Shown: positions 25,681 through 40,325, counted from the first letter of the whole stretch. The stretch: DNA of 63,920 nt, filler included, from Phoronis australis (GCA_002633005.1; 6 parts of 6 records of this genome joined end to end with filler, not necessarily neighbours in it), one strand, 5' to 3'. The notes: generated from the sequence alone by a model not told the origin. Made by a program: numbers and translations.

Positions 25681-26925
25681 TTGATCCAAACCATCAAAGA
25701 TTCCAACTGCTTCCTCCAAAACCAACACTGCAGAACTAAATACCATGGGTCAATGCAAAATTGTACTCTGCATATACTTTAATATTACAACTAACAACAT
25801 TGCAGCTGTTAGCACTGTGAGAGCATTTAATGAGTCATTATGTGCATTACTGCAGTGGTGTCAGTGCCATCTGTGGACATTATCTTACAAATGTCATCTC
25901 ATAGAGTCCAAATAAAGTGATCGAATGCAGAGCGTTGGTTGCGGGCGAAAACCTACAGTTCGTATTACAATATTCTGGCCATTTTCATGGTGAATGATAC
26001 AAGCATAGACATCGCATAGACCGGGCACGCGCCTCTCAAGATACAGCCCGCGTTGTCAATATGATGCCATATTGGAGAGTGTTACACAGGACAAAAATGG
26101 CGGAAAACACTGGGAGCCCTACGGCATCAGTCAGAAAATCGAAGGCTCTCAGTGTTATGCTTGCAGCCAAAGAGTTAAGTTTTTTGGTCCTGCCTTTGAG
26201 TCATGGGTTTTTTGGTTCGGCCATGAAGTTTAGAGGTGCTGCCACTATTTTTTTATGTTCCGCCACCATAGTTTAAGCGGAGTGATTATGCGTTGTTTCC
26301 ACATCAGTCTTGGTGATTGATATCATATAAGATCAATTAAAAGATAATTGTTGACCAGAATATGCTGCTATCCAATGACGATGCTTTTTGTTAATTGTAT
26401 TTAAATAAATATTTGGTATCAATGACAACCATATGTATTTTTGCCTGTTCTGAAAAATCACATCCTAGAACCTTCTCGCCAGCCATTAAAATCAGTACAT
26501 CTAAGTGAATAATTTATCCTCTGATGAAATATATACTGCTTTAAAAACTCATTTCTCAATAAGTATTCCAAAATCAGATTTCTTCTGTTGTATTAAAACA
26601 AACACATCCCTGCAAAATCTGTACTTATTTTTAAGTTGATATTGGGAATTTTGTGGATTTGCACTGCTTGCTTACGAGCTCTTTGTTTTGTGACTCAAAA
26701 CTTGCACAAAAATGGAAAGTGCATAGGAACCAAAATATCAAACCTGTGCGACAGAATTGCGCATCCGACCTATACTTAAAATACAAAATTTTCCATCGAA
26801 ACCGAGTGGCCAAATGAATCCGGCTAGTTTTTTCACAGTGTCTAAATTTAATGTGAAGAATTTTTAGCCCATGAAAAAATGACCTCACGCCCGTGAAAAC
26901 CCGTCGCATCATTATTCAACGGTTA

Positions 26926-27330
26926 CAGGGGCGGATCCAGAATTTTTATTTAGGGGGGCCAAGGCAAAGGATCACATGCGCTCACCCAGCCTAAAATATA
27001 GAGGGGGGCTCGAATTTCGCGGACATGTGGATCATTTACTGGAACGAGAAGACAAGTACTAAAAAGCGGGGTACTATAGGTTCAACCCCGTGCATTATGC
27101 ATTCGCGACGAATTCCTGTGGACTTTTCTCTCGTTTCCTCGGACTTTTTGTTTCTATAAGAAGGACCTTTTTGTCCCTTCGGTCAAATAGGGGAGGGGGC
27201 TCGAATGAGCCCCCCGAACCCCCATGTGTTACACAGGAACTTGCCCGTCGGACTTTCGCACCCACGAACTGCCAAATGAAATCTAAGAGAATTTTAGGGG
27301 GGCCTTGGCTCCCCTCCAAATCCGCCACTG
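26926..27330 (+). mobile_element. MITE, AGGGGCGGAT-terminal family
   Basis: caggggcggat ... atccgccactg, flanked by ggtta/ggttc. Confidence 0.75.
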
Positions 27331-27919
27331 GGTTCCTCCGCAACAGGGGGTTGGGATAAGCAAACACGATACCCGCAATTGGCCATCTTTAAACAATGGT
27401 CGATACACTGATGTTTAGGCCTGGGGGTCACCTGTTTAACGCTGGGCAAGGGAAATCTTGGTTTTTCAATATATGCTATGGTCACTTGTTAGAGGAATTT
27501 TTAGTTAGAAATACAAATACATTATTCAAATCATTGTTACTATACAACCTTTGTCCTGACGGTCTGTGGAAGGGGAACCTGACTTTCTTGAGGACAGTGA
27601 CACTTAATGTTATGCTCAAGTTTACTTAATTCACAAAAATGACTTTAATAAATGAAACATTATCAAAACGATTGTTTTCTAATGAAAATTCTGGTTTTGG
27701 AAAGGCCGTCGCCAACGGCCACGGTTTGTTTACTTCTTAACATCAAAGGTATGTAAGGTACATCCACAACAAATCATGATCAATTACTTACAACAACATT
27801 CTTGTTGTAACAAATTCGCAACCCAAGCGCAATGTCTGAATGGTAGTGGGAGCAAATCATTGAGAGAATGGTTCGACAACCTGTTTTCTTTCTTTTTTAA
27901 GAGGAGAGAGGATGCTAAG

Positions 27920-28520
27920 ACCGAGCTCAGTCCACACCCACAGACGCTCTATGAGGACAACCTGATCTTGAGACAGACCTCAACTGGCTCAAGCTGCTTA
28001 TGACCGCTGTTCCAAGGCCCATGCTTTTGAAGGAGCGCCAAACTCCGCACCTTCAGTAGTCTCCAGACTGAAAGGTAAGCGCTTGATGGGGGAATCTTTT
28101 CTGCACAAGCTCAAATGGAAGAAGAGATATACCTATGGAAAATTGTCGGAGCATACACTGACTTCACGGCAAAGCACTATGAGGCTGCCATTGTTGTCTT
28201 TGATGGTTATGGTGGAGGTCCTTCGATAAAGGATAACACAGAGACGAAGACAGACGAGCAGCTATCCGACTGTGAACCTCACCGGAGAAACGGAATTTGA
28301 TGGTTAAGAGAGATGAATTCCTACACACTGGCAGTAACAAGCAACAATTGATCGCCTTAATAAGTGACCAGCTGCAGAAAGGGGGATGCACAGCCGTCAA
28401 GGCAGAAGGGGACGCTGATGTGGACATTGCAAAGACAGAAGTAAACAGTATAATATGCATTCCACCACAGTAATCGGCAAGGACACTGTCTTGTTCATGC
28501 TTATGCTCCATTACTGAATG
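27920..28520 (+). mobile_element. Decayed XPG/PIN-like nuclease fragment of the kind carried by Academ DNA transposons
   Basis: Frameshifted LDGGSFLHKLKW, IVVFDGYGGGPSIKD, SNKQQLIALISDQL, AEGDADVDIAK, VIGKDT motifs. Confidence 0.7.
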
Positions 28521-29271
28521 GATGACGGGAAACCGCCATTTTTTTNAATTTCCAATTAATGTGAAATGTTATTAATGTGAAATATTACTGTTGATCATTT
28601 ATAACAACTCTTTCTGTGTCGCCAAGTATAAATTGTAAGTATCTAGACAGTTCAATTGTGAAACACCGTGTATCTGTTTAATATATATAGGCGAATAAAA
28701 CAAGAAGAATGGATCAACTGAAATTTTCGGATATAATACCATCCTTTGTCAACAGAAACAGAAATAAAGTAAAATAAAACACATGATGACAACTGACATT
28801 TAAGATGTGGCGTAATGAATATGATACATTGTTCCGGAAAAATCTAATGATGCAATTTAAGAAGTTTTTACGTTTAATCCAGGAGGTTCTAGTGTATTGA
28901 ACTTGTCTATCCAAAATTGTTCCCTTTTCAGTCTGTGAGCGGTACTGGGGTATTGGAGTTTTTCTATTATTTGTACAGAAAGATTTTGATGTTTTTATGT
29001 ATATGTTCAATCTATGATTACGAAACTGAGTTTGTAGATTATGTTGAGTTTGTCCTACGTATTGGATAGAACAATTTTACATGTTATAAGGTAAATAATA
29101 TTGTTGGAAACCTGAACTAATATTAAATTCTTATTGCTTATTAATTTTGGCATTTCAGAGTTATTTGAATACGTTCACAATGTCGAAACGATGTCATCGA
29201 AAACATGAAAATAGCAATTAACGTATTAGCGAAGACATGTGGCTATAATGCAACGGCCTAATATAAATTGA

Positions 29272-30139
29272 TTTATACCACAATATTAGCGTCAAATGGC
29301 AGATACAACGATGTAATAACCCATAAAGTTATCTCGCAAATGAGATAACGTTTTGGCGGGAAACCGAGGACGGAGTCGAACCCGGAACCCTGGAATTGCT
29401 GGTCGCCGACTTTACCACTACACCACACAGCGACTGACGTCATCAAGAGTGAAAATAGAATACTTTAATGAGCACGCGCAACAATCCCATGATCAACAAA
29501 CCGCATTGTAATGTACTTATATGCTACGAAAAATAAGACACATAATTTCCATAAAACCGATATCTTAATTCAGTGAAATTTTTCCCTCATGTCCTCTTAT
29601 TTGTAAATCACCGATCTCCAGTTTGAATGCGGCTATCGTGTCATCAGGATCTTTGACTTGAGAATTATATTCAGTTACCCGTGGTAACCTACTTTAGCAG
29701 TCGATAATTTTACCGGTCGAAGCTTAGCGTGAAAAAGTGTTTTAAGCTATAATAGTTGGTAAACCTTAATTCATCAATTCAATTTTTTTCTATGATATTT
29801 AAGTTTTCATTTGTTTTTGAGTAAAAACATCATTTGACAAAAATAGCCCGGCTTTTCTTAAAAGGTCACGACCTCCGACCCCGGGCCTCTGACATAGAAA
29901 GTAGTTACAAAGTCGTGGAGAGTCAGAAAAGGTAAATCGATTCATTGCAATGTTTCTCGTTTAGTATGTGGTATAAATAGATTATTTCATGTTCTCAGCC
30001 GTTATCCCCCTTATCTAGAGCCCTCGTGGATTTTGTAGAATTATCACCCTCGGGGATAACGCTCCTTGGGCGATAATTCTCCAAAATTCACTCGGGCTCT
30101 AGATAACGGGGGATAACGACTTCGCCATGTAATAATCTA
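29272..30139 (-). mobile_element. Non-autonomous hairpin/tRNA-like element, copy 2
   Basis: Full-length, highly similar reverse complement of 18107-18977 with the same termini and different flanks. Confidence 0.85.
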
Positions 30140-30672
30140 AAAAATCGTGGACTGAGAAGTGGTGATCTTTTGAACTACTGGAGTTCTGAAATTGATTTTC
30201 GTGTGGAAAATTAAATGGGCATACACTGTACAGAATTTTTACCCTTTATAAACACCTAGACTGATATCTGGATTGATACTAGATTTTGAACCTCCAAATT
30301 ATGCAGTGGTTGACATACCACAAAACCTCTTAAAATTCTGGGAGCTCCTAAGCAAAGGAACTCAAATGATTTAGTTGGTATTAGTGCTCCTATGTATCAA
30401 AAGTGATAATTGTACTATTGTATGCCCCAGCTGAGTTATGTAGTATCAATATCGACCACGTACATTATAGCCAGGTGATAATTTCCTATGTCCTTCACAG
30501 ATTGCAGCCCTACAAAAACCTGGACTAATATGAATGTTTTTGTTTTTAATTTTGGCATTTAAGAGTTATTTGAATACGTCCAAAATATCGAAACGATGTC
30601 ATCCAAGACATGGATATAGGAATCAACGCATTAGCAAAGCCTTGTGGCAATAAAGCAACGGCCTGAAATAGA

Positions 30673-31044
30673 TTGATGATGGTGCTGATGATGATGATGG
30701 TGATGGTGAGGGCGGTGATGGCGTTGTGGTGATGATGGTGATGATGAGGGTAATGAAGATCAGGGCGGTGATGTTGTTGTGGTGATTGATGATCGGGATG
30801 ATGATCCTGTGATGATAATGATAGTGATGGTAATGGTGAAGGTATGATCGTAACGATGATGGTGCTGGTGATGGGGCTGGTGATGATTATAAAAATGATG
30901 ACGATGATGATGATGATGATGATGATGATGGTAATGATGATGGTGATGGTAATCATGATTATGATGATGATGATTATGATGATATGGGTGATGATGATGG
31001 TGATGATGATGGTAACGATTATGATGATGATGATGATGTTGATG

Positions 31045-31076
<32 letters not shown>

Positions 31077-31140
31077 GGTGATGTTGATGATGTGATGATG
31101 ATATTGATGGTGGACGTTGGTGGTGGTGGTGGTGGTAATG
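30673..31140. repeat. (GAT/GGT)n microsatellite
   Basis: Long GAT runs; explains the poly-M, poly-D and poly-I ORFs. Confidence 0.95.
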
Positions 31141-32649
31141 ATTGTGGACTTTTAATTAGCTTCCACAGATTTTACACAAATTAATGAAACGTGCTTTCCT
31201 GAAACGCGAGTTTTAGCAAATAAATTAAATGTAAAGATTTGTAAGTTGACAGGTGTACGAACAAAGTATCGACAACTGCCCGTGCGTGACTATACTAAGT
31301 AAGATGCAGTGCTATGGGTTGCCCAGTGTTCCACTGACATTGCAATCAAGATACATTACAACACTCACCCAGGTCACCCTTTAACCACATGGAAATGACA
31401 GCATGATAAAATGTGTAGAAATAGCAGAATGAAATAGTGAATATTCAATATTCAAAAGTTGTTAGGAACATACACTGTACTTAATGCTGAGGCTTGCATT
31501 CACGCTGATAGCATGCAAGACTCGGATCCCTGGTCTAGTCGAAATACAAACCACTCCCTATTCCCTAACATACATGTACACTTCATAGTGTATAAAGAGT
31601 ATATGCTAAAAAGGTCAACATTATATGCCGAAGGTGGTCCTGCAGCGTCCGAATAACAGCAGTTTAACTTTATTGACCACACATAGGATTGTTTGCTCAA
31701 GAAAACCCACTATGAATTCATTTACTCTTCATCAAGTTAAAAATACGAATAGTGATTGTTCCACTATGACGCAAAATTATGCTTTTGAGCATTTCAACTT
31801 GAACAGCTTGTTTGAACTTTGAGGCTTTGGACCAATAGTAAGGCATATGTTAAGATCCATTGTGACCGAAATTTCCAATTAATGCGAAATGTTATTATAT
31901 GTGAAATATTACTGTTGATCATTTATAACAACTCTTTCTATGTCGCAAATACTATGCTAAAACACTATTGTCTTCTGTTACTCTCAACCCAGTCTCCACT
32001 GAAGCAGCCATTAGGTGAGCAAACTTGGCATTAAACAATGAAACTTGAGGACTAGTATCAGAGCACAGTAAAAACTCTGTCATATAATGGAATAACGAAA
32101 CACATTATATTTTGTCGTAACACTGCATACATGTATATAAATAACAAGCTCACAATGGACATCCCATCACCTGAATAACATGAACGCGTCTGACGCTGGA
32201 AGAACTGATCCAGCCTTTACGCTTTTCATCATTGTGATTATTCCCAGTGATAGGCTGTGATGAAGTAAATCTGTCGTTTGTCTGAGCAGAAGTTTATAAG
32301 GTAAGCCTAGTGAAACATAACCAAATATTCCAAGCTTGAAAAAGCAGTGATTCTGCTATAGGTGAACCAGTTTCCCAATGGTATGTACTGCGATGGAGAT
32401 ATTCTAATAAACCACATGATGACATCACCATCAATTTAACCTCCCACCTCCACCATTCAAAAACTGATCTAAACTGATGATGTAATATAGTAATGCTCCC
32501 AATATTAAGTACAAAGGCATACTACACTGTGTAGCAATATAGAGCGTCTTAAAATAATTGATGTCTACAAAAAGTATTGATAAATATAACAGGCTGATTG
32601 GTATGTCGTTTTTAGTTTCAATCCTGTCACATCACTACCTGTTTCCTAC

Positions 32650-32763
32650 CTTATCCACTGCATTCACGTTAGCTTTGTGATCTAGCAGCAACTTTACCCG
32701 TCCTGTGTCAACACCAAATATTGATGGTTCTGCTGCTGCTGCGTGAAATGGGGTACAACCATT
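32650..32763 (-). CDS. Ankyrin-repeat exon (phase 0-0, 114 bp)
   Basis: ttcacag|NGCTPFHAAAAEPSIFGVDTGRVKLLLDHKANVNAVDK|gtagga fits the GxTPLHxA..LL..A.VNA.D consensus. Confidence 0.75.
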
Positions 32764-34093
32764 CTGTGAATTAGAAAATAGGTATTGAGTCAGGGTGATC
32801 TACAATCAATAAGGAGTCATTTTAATGGACGTTGCTGAATGTGCTGCATTTACAGATATTAGATCACGGTATTTACTCGATGTCTGCGCCAACATCGCAA
32901 TAGAACACAGTAAGTTAGCAAACATGTTCATAAAAATTCCAATATGCTAGTTATAGGTTTGCTTAAACAATTTATTTTGCAAAAAATCACAAATAAAACA
33001 CCTTCTAAAGGAAAAATTTCTTCAACAGGTGTTACTGATTGCTAAGTGTAGGATGTAACATCTGACGAGGACGAAACCAAAAACAACAATGAATTACATG
33101 TAGGAAGGACTGGGTTGTTTTGGAAACGGATGACCTTCTTTGCGCTTTGCGATTGCAATCTGAGAAGCTAGTTAATCGCTTAAATTGATTTGACTTTGCC
33201 GCCACAGTACTATATCAACGTACGCCCAAAAAAATATAGAAATTTCATTTTCCACCAACAACCCTTTGATACAGCTTCTGTTTTATTACAGTATCAGTAT
33301 TCTTAAACAATGGCGTGTTGCCACTTTCACAAAATCCTGCCTCTCACTTTCAGCCCCATATTCCCATCACTTTTTTTGAAAAAATAAGGCTTCACTGCAA
33401 AAGTACGTCACAATACCAAAAAACATTAATGAAGAAGTCCTTTCAAGTTTGCTGAAATTTACCTACCATTGCTTATAACGTAACTGCTACATGTTTAGAC
33501 TGTTTATCCCAGTCTTGATCTGTAGTGGGACCTCTTGTTAATTTGTAAGAATGAGAATATTGTTGATAAAATTTCCGGATTGAATTTCATACATGTACGA
33601 AGTTAACGATACCGTCGTCATCTGTCTTTGATACTTCACTGTCGAGAGCCAAATGTGCAACTAATGTTCAACACTTTTTAATTTGAATATATCAATGAAG
33701 TAGTGTTATATTCAAGCAAGCTATCTTCTTAACCTTTAAAATCAGGCTTATTATCGGTTTTCAACATTTAAAATGTTAATTAGGTCTGATATCACGTATA
33801 GATATGCTATTTAAAAATTCTCAAAATGAAAATCCAAAAGCTAATAATGTAACCCATAGTGTTCACAACAGACTTTATGACGAACAGTTTCTCGGCGGGA
33901 TGGTTTATTTGAAAACAACGGCAGATTTCAGCGAAACGTGCATCATGTAATATGGGCATAGACTTGGGATAAGACGGACGCGGAAGGAATAAAAAGGCGC
34001 ACAGTAATGTCAAGGACGTAACATTCATATTGTAATCTCTTCAGATCTTGTTACAGAACGCCTTGTCTTGTTGGAAGTTGAACGCGAAAGTTT

Positions 34094-34193
34094 NNNNNNN
34101 NNNNNNNNNNNNNNNNNNNNNNNNNNNNNNNNNNNNNTTAATTAATTAANNNNNNNNNNNNNNNNNNNNNNNNNNNNNNNNNNNNNNNNNNNN
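34094..34193. other. Artificial contig linker
   Basis: Same 100-bp N/TTAATTAATTAA spacer. Confidence 0.98.
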
Positions 34194-34785
34194 TTCCCGT
34201 TGGACTTCGTCTCATTTCTGGCGGCACCTACAATGTCGACTTCTGCTGAACTGAAAGGCATGTTCAATCGGCTACTTTGTAATTTATGAAGATTTAACGT
34301 TGATACATTTTGACAAATGTTGCTACAAAAAAGAAACTTTGTTCAATTTTCGTGTTTTTTGTGTTTGTGGCCAGCGACCAGTTAGGCCTAAGGGTAGTCT
34401 TGGCGCAAAGCTGCCTCCCATTCATCAACACTAGGAACTCGCTAAAAAGCAAGACTTCGCGAGATTACGTGAGATATTACCGAGCATTTTAAATAAGAAC
34501 ACATGACTTTGACTACGTTTTAGCTAGGTCCTAGCGTAGGTCCTAGCGTAGGTCCTAGCGTCTACTGAACGCACGCCTGTAATGGCCTACTAACAAGCAG
34601 TATTTTGACTATAGTCTTCACTGGTAGCTGGTGACAGGCTAACTAAGGTCTGCCGCGGCAGTGTGACACATGACTAACCAGCCCGTAATTTCATGCGAGT
34701 GTCTGAAACTACCCTTGAATATATGCGGCATTTATGATTTGACCATTTTACTTCGACAAAACAGCTTGCAACTGCATGCATTTAC

Positions 34786-35085
34786 CATTCGCCAGTGTCT
34801 GGTCTCGATCCGCACCGAGTCCGATAGGCTGCGGTCCCGAGTCTGGCAAAATAATTTCTGTCAAAATTTATTCGCCACATTTCTTCAGCAAATTCNCCAT
34901 AAAATTGTCCGTAGTTTGATTTTATCAAAATTAAGGCGCGCTGTCGATTTTTTTATCCCCGTTTGCTGGCTGGTAACAGTACAGGCACTGCTCCAGTAGC
35001 ACTGACGGCGTTTTCTTAGCCTGGTTTCCTGAATGAATTGTACTTCCGGGTTCGCGGCAAGTTCAAAATGGCGGTGTTTCTTCAG
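34786..35085. promoter_or_regulatory. Candidate CpG-rich housekeeping promoter, possibly bidirectional
   Basis: acttccgg (ETS-like) and aaaatggcgg (YY1-like) lead to ATG GCG GTG TTT CTT CAG|gtgcga; a minus-strand donor atg|gtaaat lies at 34786. Confidence 0.4.
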
Positions 35086-36197
35086 GTGCGAATCGTGAGT
35101 GTCGCGTTCATTGAAACTGTTTTCGAGTACGGATCGTGTATTAGTTATGGGGTAGGTACTTCTTGGATCCTTATAACATCTTCTAACCATGTAATAAGGG
35201 TTAACAACGCGTGAGAGAAGGACTTTAACATGTCTATCAGGAGAATCACGTGGGCTGTTTCCCTTTTTTACACTGTTGTTGTTTTTGAAAGATATTACGT
35301 TTGCAAAATAAGAGATTACTAATGGAGGGCTGACAACTCTTACCATTTTATCTGTATTCTACGTTTTTCAAAGGCCTAAAAATCTATGAGTTTTCAAATG
35401 TTATGAAGTTTTAGCATTTGTTTCTCATGGAAAAAATCAGATGGAAATGATCGATAATGCAAGATTGACTAATGAGATGTATCTCGTGTACCAGGGTGTA
35501 TAATGTAATTTGTGTTGGAAATTTCCCTTTTGTAATTGGTCAGTTGCAGTTTTGTGAAGGACACGCTTGGTTTTCCACTGTGGGATATCATATTAAGATA
35601 AGGAGAGCGAAATTTTGGAGACAAGTATACTGAGGAATTAGATAACATTTGGAAATTTACAAAACAAGAAATGAAATTCACCATGTTTCGTCATGCTCAT
35701 TTCAACTGTGAGAACTCTGGAGCCTACAACTGCGGCATGGATCAGGAATTACGAGATATCAAGATTTTTGGGACTGTGGTAGTGTGGGAAGAAATGTTGC
35801 TTTTTTAGTTAAACATGGTTTGAAATTTGTTGCTTTGGTGTGTATCATTTCATCTTGCGATTGAAATTTTAACTTTCTGAAAAAGTGAAACATTGCACAA
35901 TACCGTTATTTAAAATGAATGTTACAGATTGTGTGTTCAATTGATTGGCTGCGTTGCTAATGTTGCCATTATATAAGCAAGGAATTTGAACTGCTTTGCT
36001 GTGCATCACTATGGTCTCTTGTATAGTGGCTACACCGTGGCCTACTGTTTCAGGTACCAGGAAGCATTGCCCAACTTTCTGCATGCGTGCATCATAAATC
36101 AGACACTGGTGAGAGAGAGCACCAAAAGGGGTCTCCACCAACACCTACTGGCATACTTCAGGAGACAGTGTGTACTGGTATGTAGTCAAATGTGTGA

Positions 36198-36297
36198 NNN
36201 NNNNNNNNNNNNNNNNNNNNNNNNNNNNNNNNNNNNNNNNNTTAATTAATTAANNNNNNNNNNNNNNNNNNNNNNNNNNNNNNNNNNNNNNNNNNNN
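36198..36297. other. Artificial contig linker
   Basis: Same 100-bp spacer. Confidence 0.98.
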
Positions 36298-39200
36298 TCA
36301 TCATCTTTCGAAAGATGTCTCAAAATTTTTCTGAGGAAATGGCGCGTGCACATGTCACTTATTATTACAACAGTTCATTAGATTGTTTTTCACTCAAGCG
36401 GTTGCAAACTGCAAGGTGAGTGTTGGTTGACGCCTAGATTTTGCATGCGCCTGCATCGGTCGCGCGCTCTACTACATGTTGATGTAAGTTCCACGACGAG
36501 GTGACGAGCAGAACTACCCGGGCTGTGGGCAATGTCGGGGATGTAACGGAGCTCAATAACGCAAGGCTGTCAAGCTTTATTTTGGCGATAGTCTTTACAC
36601 AGCTATCTGACCGGTTACGTCATAACCCGCAGTATCACACAAAGGCCTTAACTACTCAGTCCCCGGCGGTCCTGTTTTGTGGTGGGGCGGTCATGTTTTT
36701 GGGTGCGTCAGTCCCATTTTCTGGTGCGGCGGTCCCATTTGATCCCCGGAGGTCCTGTTTAGAGGACCGGCGGTCATGTTGTTTCTCACCCGTGCTATTG
36801 TCAATAGTATTTACCCCCTAAGCACATAAAAATGTACTAGGAATATGATGGAATGCAGAATATTTTTAAGCAGCTGTTGAATGGATACAGGGCAATTTAG
36901 TAGCTGAAATGCCATATTGCAAGAAGCTCAACTACTTTAGTAAAATACGAAGTGACCTGCAGATTAGGCTTTAAAATTCATTTCCATTACAAAAATGACA
37001 ATTTCTTAAAATACGGCAGTCATGTGATTAAAAACAGTATGACCTTTTGATGCCTGCATTCAGATTATGGGTTGACTGTGGACAGTTAAAATAGATATTT
37101 GATGAAATGTGAAAGAAGGTTGACACATTTAGCTTAACACAAACATATCGCAAATGTGGCACAAACTGTCTCCAGGCGACTGATTTTTAAGCTAAAAGCT
37201 TGGTGCCTTCTGGTCTCAGTACAGCTGTATATTACCTTCCACAGATTCCTATAATACTGTGTGAACAATACGCATTTGCCCCCTTTTCTTACTTCACTTC
37301 AACTACTTGACTATTCACTTGAAGGCTGGCCATTCATACCTATCCATTCACAGTTCTCTGGTATCTACAGCATATGACCATTGAGTGTCAAGTAACAAGG
37401 GGTAGGCTGAACACACAATTCCTCGAATTTTTGATAGGGAGATTAGAAAAATCTGTGGATGGTTTGTTTTTATTATGATTTAAATTTATGGAATTTCTGG
37501 GCTGAACCATTTGTTCGCAGTGTAATTTCTGAAGATCCTGAAATGCTGCCCATTTTTTTGAAAATCTGTAGCGATTTTAACCATAATAAGAAAAAGTTAT
37601 TATTTTGCCCTGCGACCATTTAAAGACGACCATGAAAAATGCATATAGTAAAGCACTGACGTACCACATTTCAGGGATTTTTATGTAAAAAACCCGACTT
37701 TTGCATCGCACCTTGTATGTTTGTTCCTTAGTGCTATGAACTCTGTTGTCTACCTCAATTGAATACTAGTTATCAAGACATGAAAATACAAGATCAACCG
37801 AATGAACGATTTGGGTCGTGGACATTACAGCTGTTTGTGTTTAACTTCTTCTTTCACTGAAAGTGTCTGGACAAAACTGTCAAGCTCAGCCCCATATGTC
37901 CTGTTAAAAACCAATAGTATGGTGCTTTTGTTGTCGGGAATAATTGAGATGATTTAAGGAATTATAAAGAAATGTATAGAATTTTAAGTCAAAGAAGGAC
38001 ATGATAGTATTGCATAGAAAGAGCAATTCAGTACCTTAAAAGAAAGGTGATCGACTGGTTATCCATTATAAACGCTTTCAATTTAAACAAAAGATAGGGA
38101 TGTGAGGGTGCAGCTTCAACAGTGCTAATACACCTATCGTGGAGGTAAGAGTGTTCACAGAAGGATGTGGTTTCTAGCGGCAATAATAATAGGGATGTTT
38201 TGTTTTGGTTTCCTTATACATTCGAAGATTCAGTTCTCACTTGATTTATGTTACGATTAGAAATTATCAAAATTATGGGACAATGAAAGGTTGATTATTT
38301 TTTCCCTGTGTATCAAATTTTAGAAATAGTAGGCACTGTTGGTCGACCCAGATTCAAAAACTAGTTCAACAGCAAATGATCATTCACATGTATGTTACAC
38401 CCGAGGGGGAACGCTTGAAAATATTGCTACAGTGACTATTTTCAACCATTTTAGGAACTACATGTAGTCTATGTTCAGACTCTGCTTCTACAAAATGTGG
38501 TGTCGGACATTTGAGAGGAACTCTGAAATTCTCCATGTCCCAATCTACAGACACAAGGAAGTTCAATTTTGACTTAAATTTCTGTGTCCCAAATTTTAGA
38601 GATTGTCCCAAACTGGAGAATTGTAGCGATAGTGTAGTAGGCACAGGCTGATGTGTAAATTTCTTTCTTGTTTCAATTCCAAATGACCTCAATTTGTTCT
38701 CTGATTGCCTGAGGTGTGGTGTCATGTTGTCCAGATTATTCCTAAGTGGGCAATTTTTAACCATTACTCCAAGTACTGAATCTTAATTGCCACAGGGTTC
38801 TTGTTCTGTTTAACTGTGGGAATTTGACCTTTATGTCCAGGGCGTACTGCCTAAGAAGATGCGCTGCTTGGAAAGGTGACTTTTTCATGACCAGTTTGCC
38901 TATGAAAGGGTGTCTTTTATGTCAGAATTCTCTACAAAAGGGTCTCCTTTCTGATTTCACTATTAAAAGGTTCACTTTGGGAGCTCGACCTACAATGTAC
39001 ATTCATGTATTGCTGTACTAGTATTGAATTTCTGTGCATTTTTATAAATAAACAAATGAAATTTATGTTAACTGTCCAGGGGAGAGAAGACGTTTCCGAC
39101 TTGCAAAATTGCACATAAAATGTTTTAGTTAGTATTAGTAGTCGTATAACTTTATAAAAATTGTTTCGTTTTTCATGGGATTTACCCTTTGGAGTTCAGT

Positions 39201-40325
39201 CATTAGCAGTTCTCAGTTCATTCATGCTTTAAATGTTGGGATTATTACTATACTTATTTGTTTTTCTCTTTTGAAAAATGTGAAATATTGGTGAAAGGTG
39301 CAATCAACCTCAACCTTTTATCAGAAGCAGACTTGTTGACGTGAACCACGTACCCGATTACAAAATTTACCTTATCTTGTTGCATGTGCAGATAAGAAAG
39401 GATTTCTAAGCTTGGAAAAATGATTGTTAGTTTTTGCTTCAGATTATGTTCAGTATTAATCCGCTTATCGTGGTGACTTAGTTACAGTTGCCATAGCAAT
39501 ATTTGCAGGGGGTCTCTTTCATCAAACCAAATTGACTTTTAAGTAAGAAATTTGATGTGATGGTCCACATAGCTATTATGAAAAATAATTAGAACTCATT
39601 GTAATAAAAGAATAATTTAAAATTATTCAAAAATATACCCATAACTGTTACTTATTAAGAAAATTATTGTACAAATTATTTCCAGCCGATTCACTAAAAT
39701 TACATGCAGCAATTGTAAAGTAGGAGGGTAAAACCAAATTTCTGTCTTAGGTCTCGAGTCACTTTTCATGAGATGGGCCCCCAGGGGAAATTCAGACATT
39801 TCACTCTCACCTATGTCAGATACTGTTATAATGTTCCTTGGAAAAACAAGTAGACCTTGTAAAGAATTAGTTTTAAAAAAACGCCTTGACATGGCTTATA
39901 GTGGCTTGAAGTCAAAACATCTTGATGTCTGCCTTTGCTTTTCGTAGTCTTGCTCTCAAAGTCAAATAATCAATGAAGCACTTAGGGGTGTAAAAACATT
40001 GCCATGCTAATCTTGACTTGGTGCAGAATGAGCCAGTGACTAGTGACTGGTATTAGGTACATGTGCCATTTTGGAATACACAATGTTCAGGGTTAGCAAG
40101 TACCAATTGACTGAAAAGCATTTTTTTGATTCAGTGATGACATCAGTTGTTCATGTTGGCAAGGATTGTCAAATCCTATCACTCATTTTTCATTTTTTTG
40201 TCATCTACACACCGTGGAAGTGTTTTAATTGTGTGTTCTCGGCATTTTAATAAATCAAATACACTTTTATGATTACGGTAAATCACATTCACTGTTGTTG
40301 AATGCAGAATAATTATTTTCTACAG

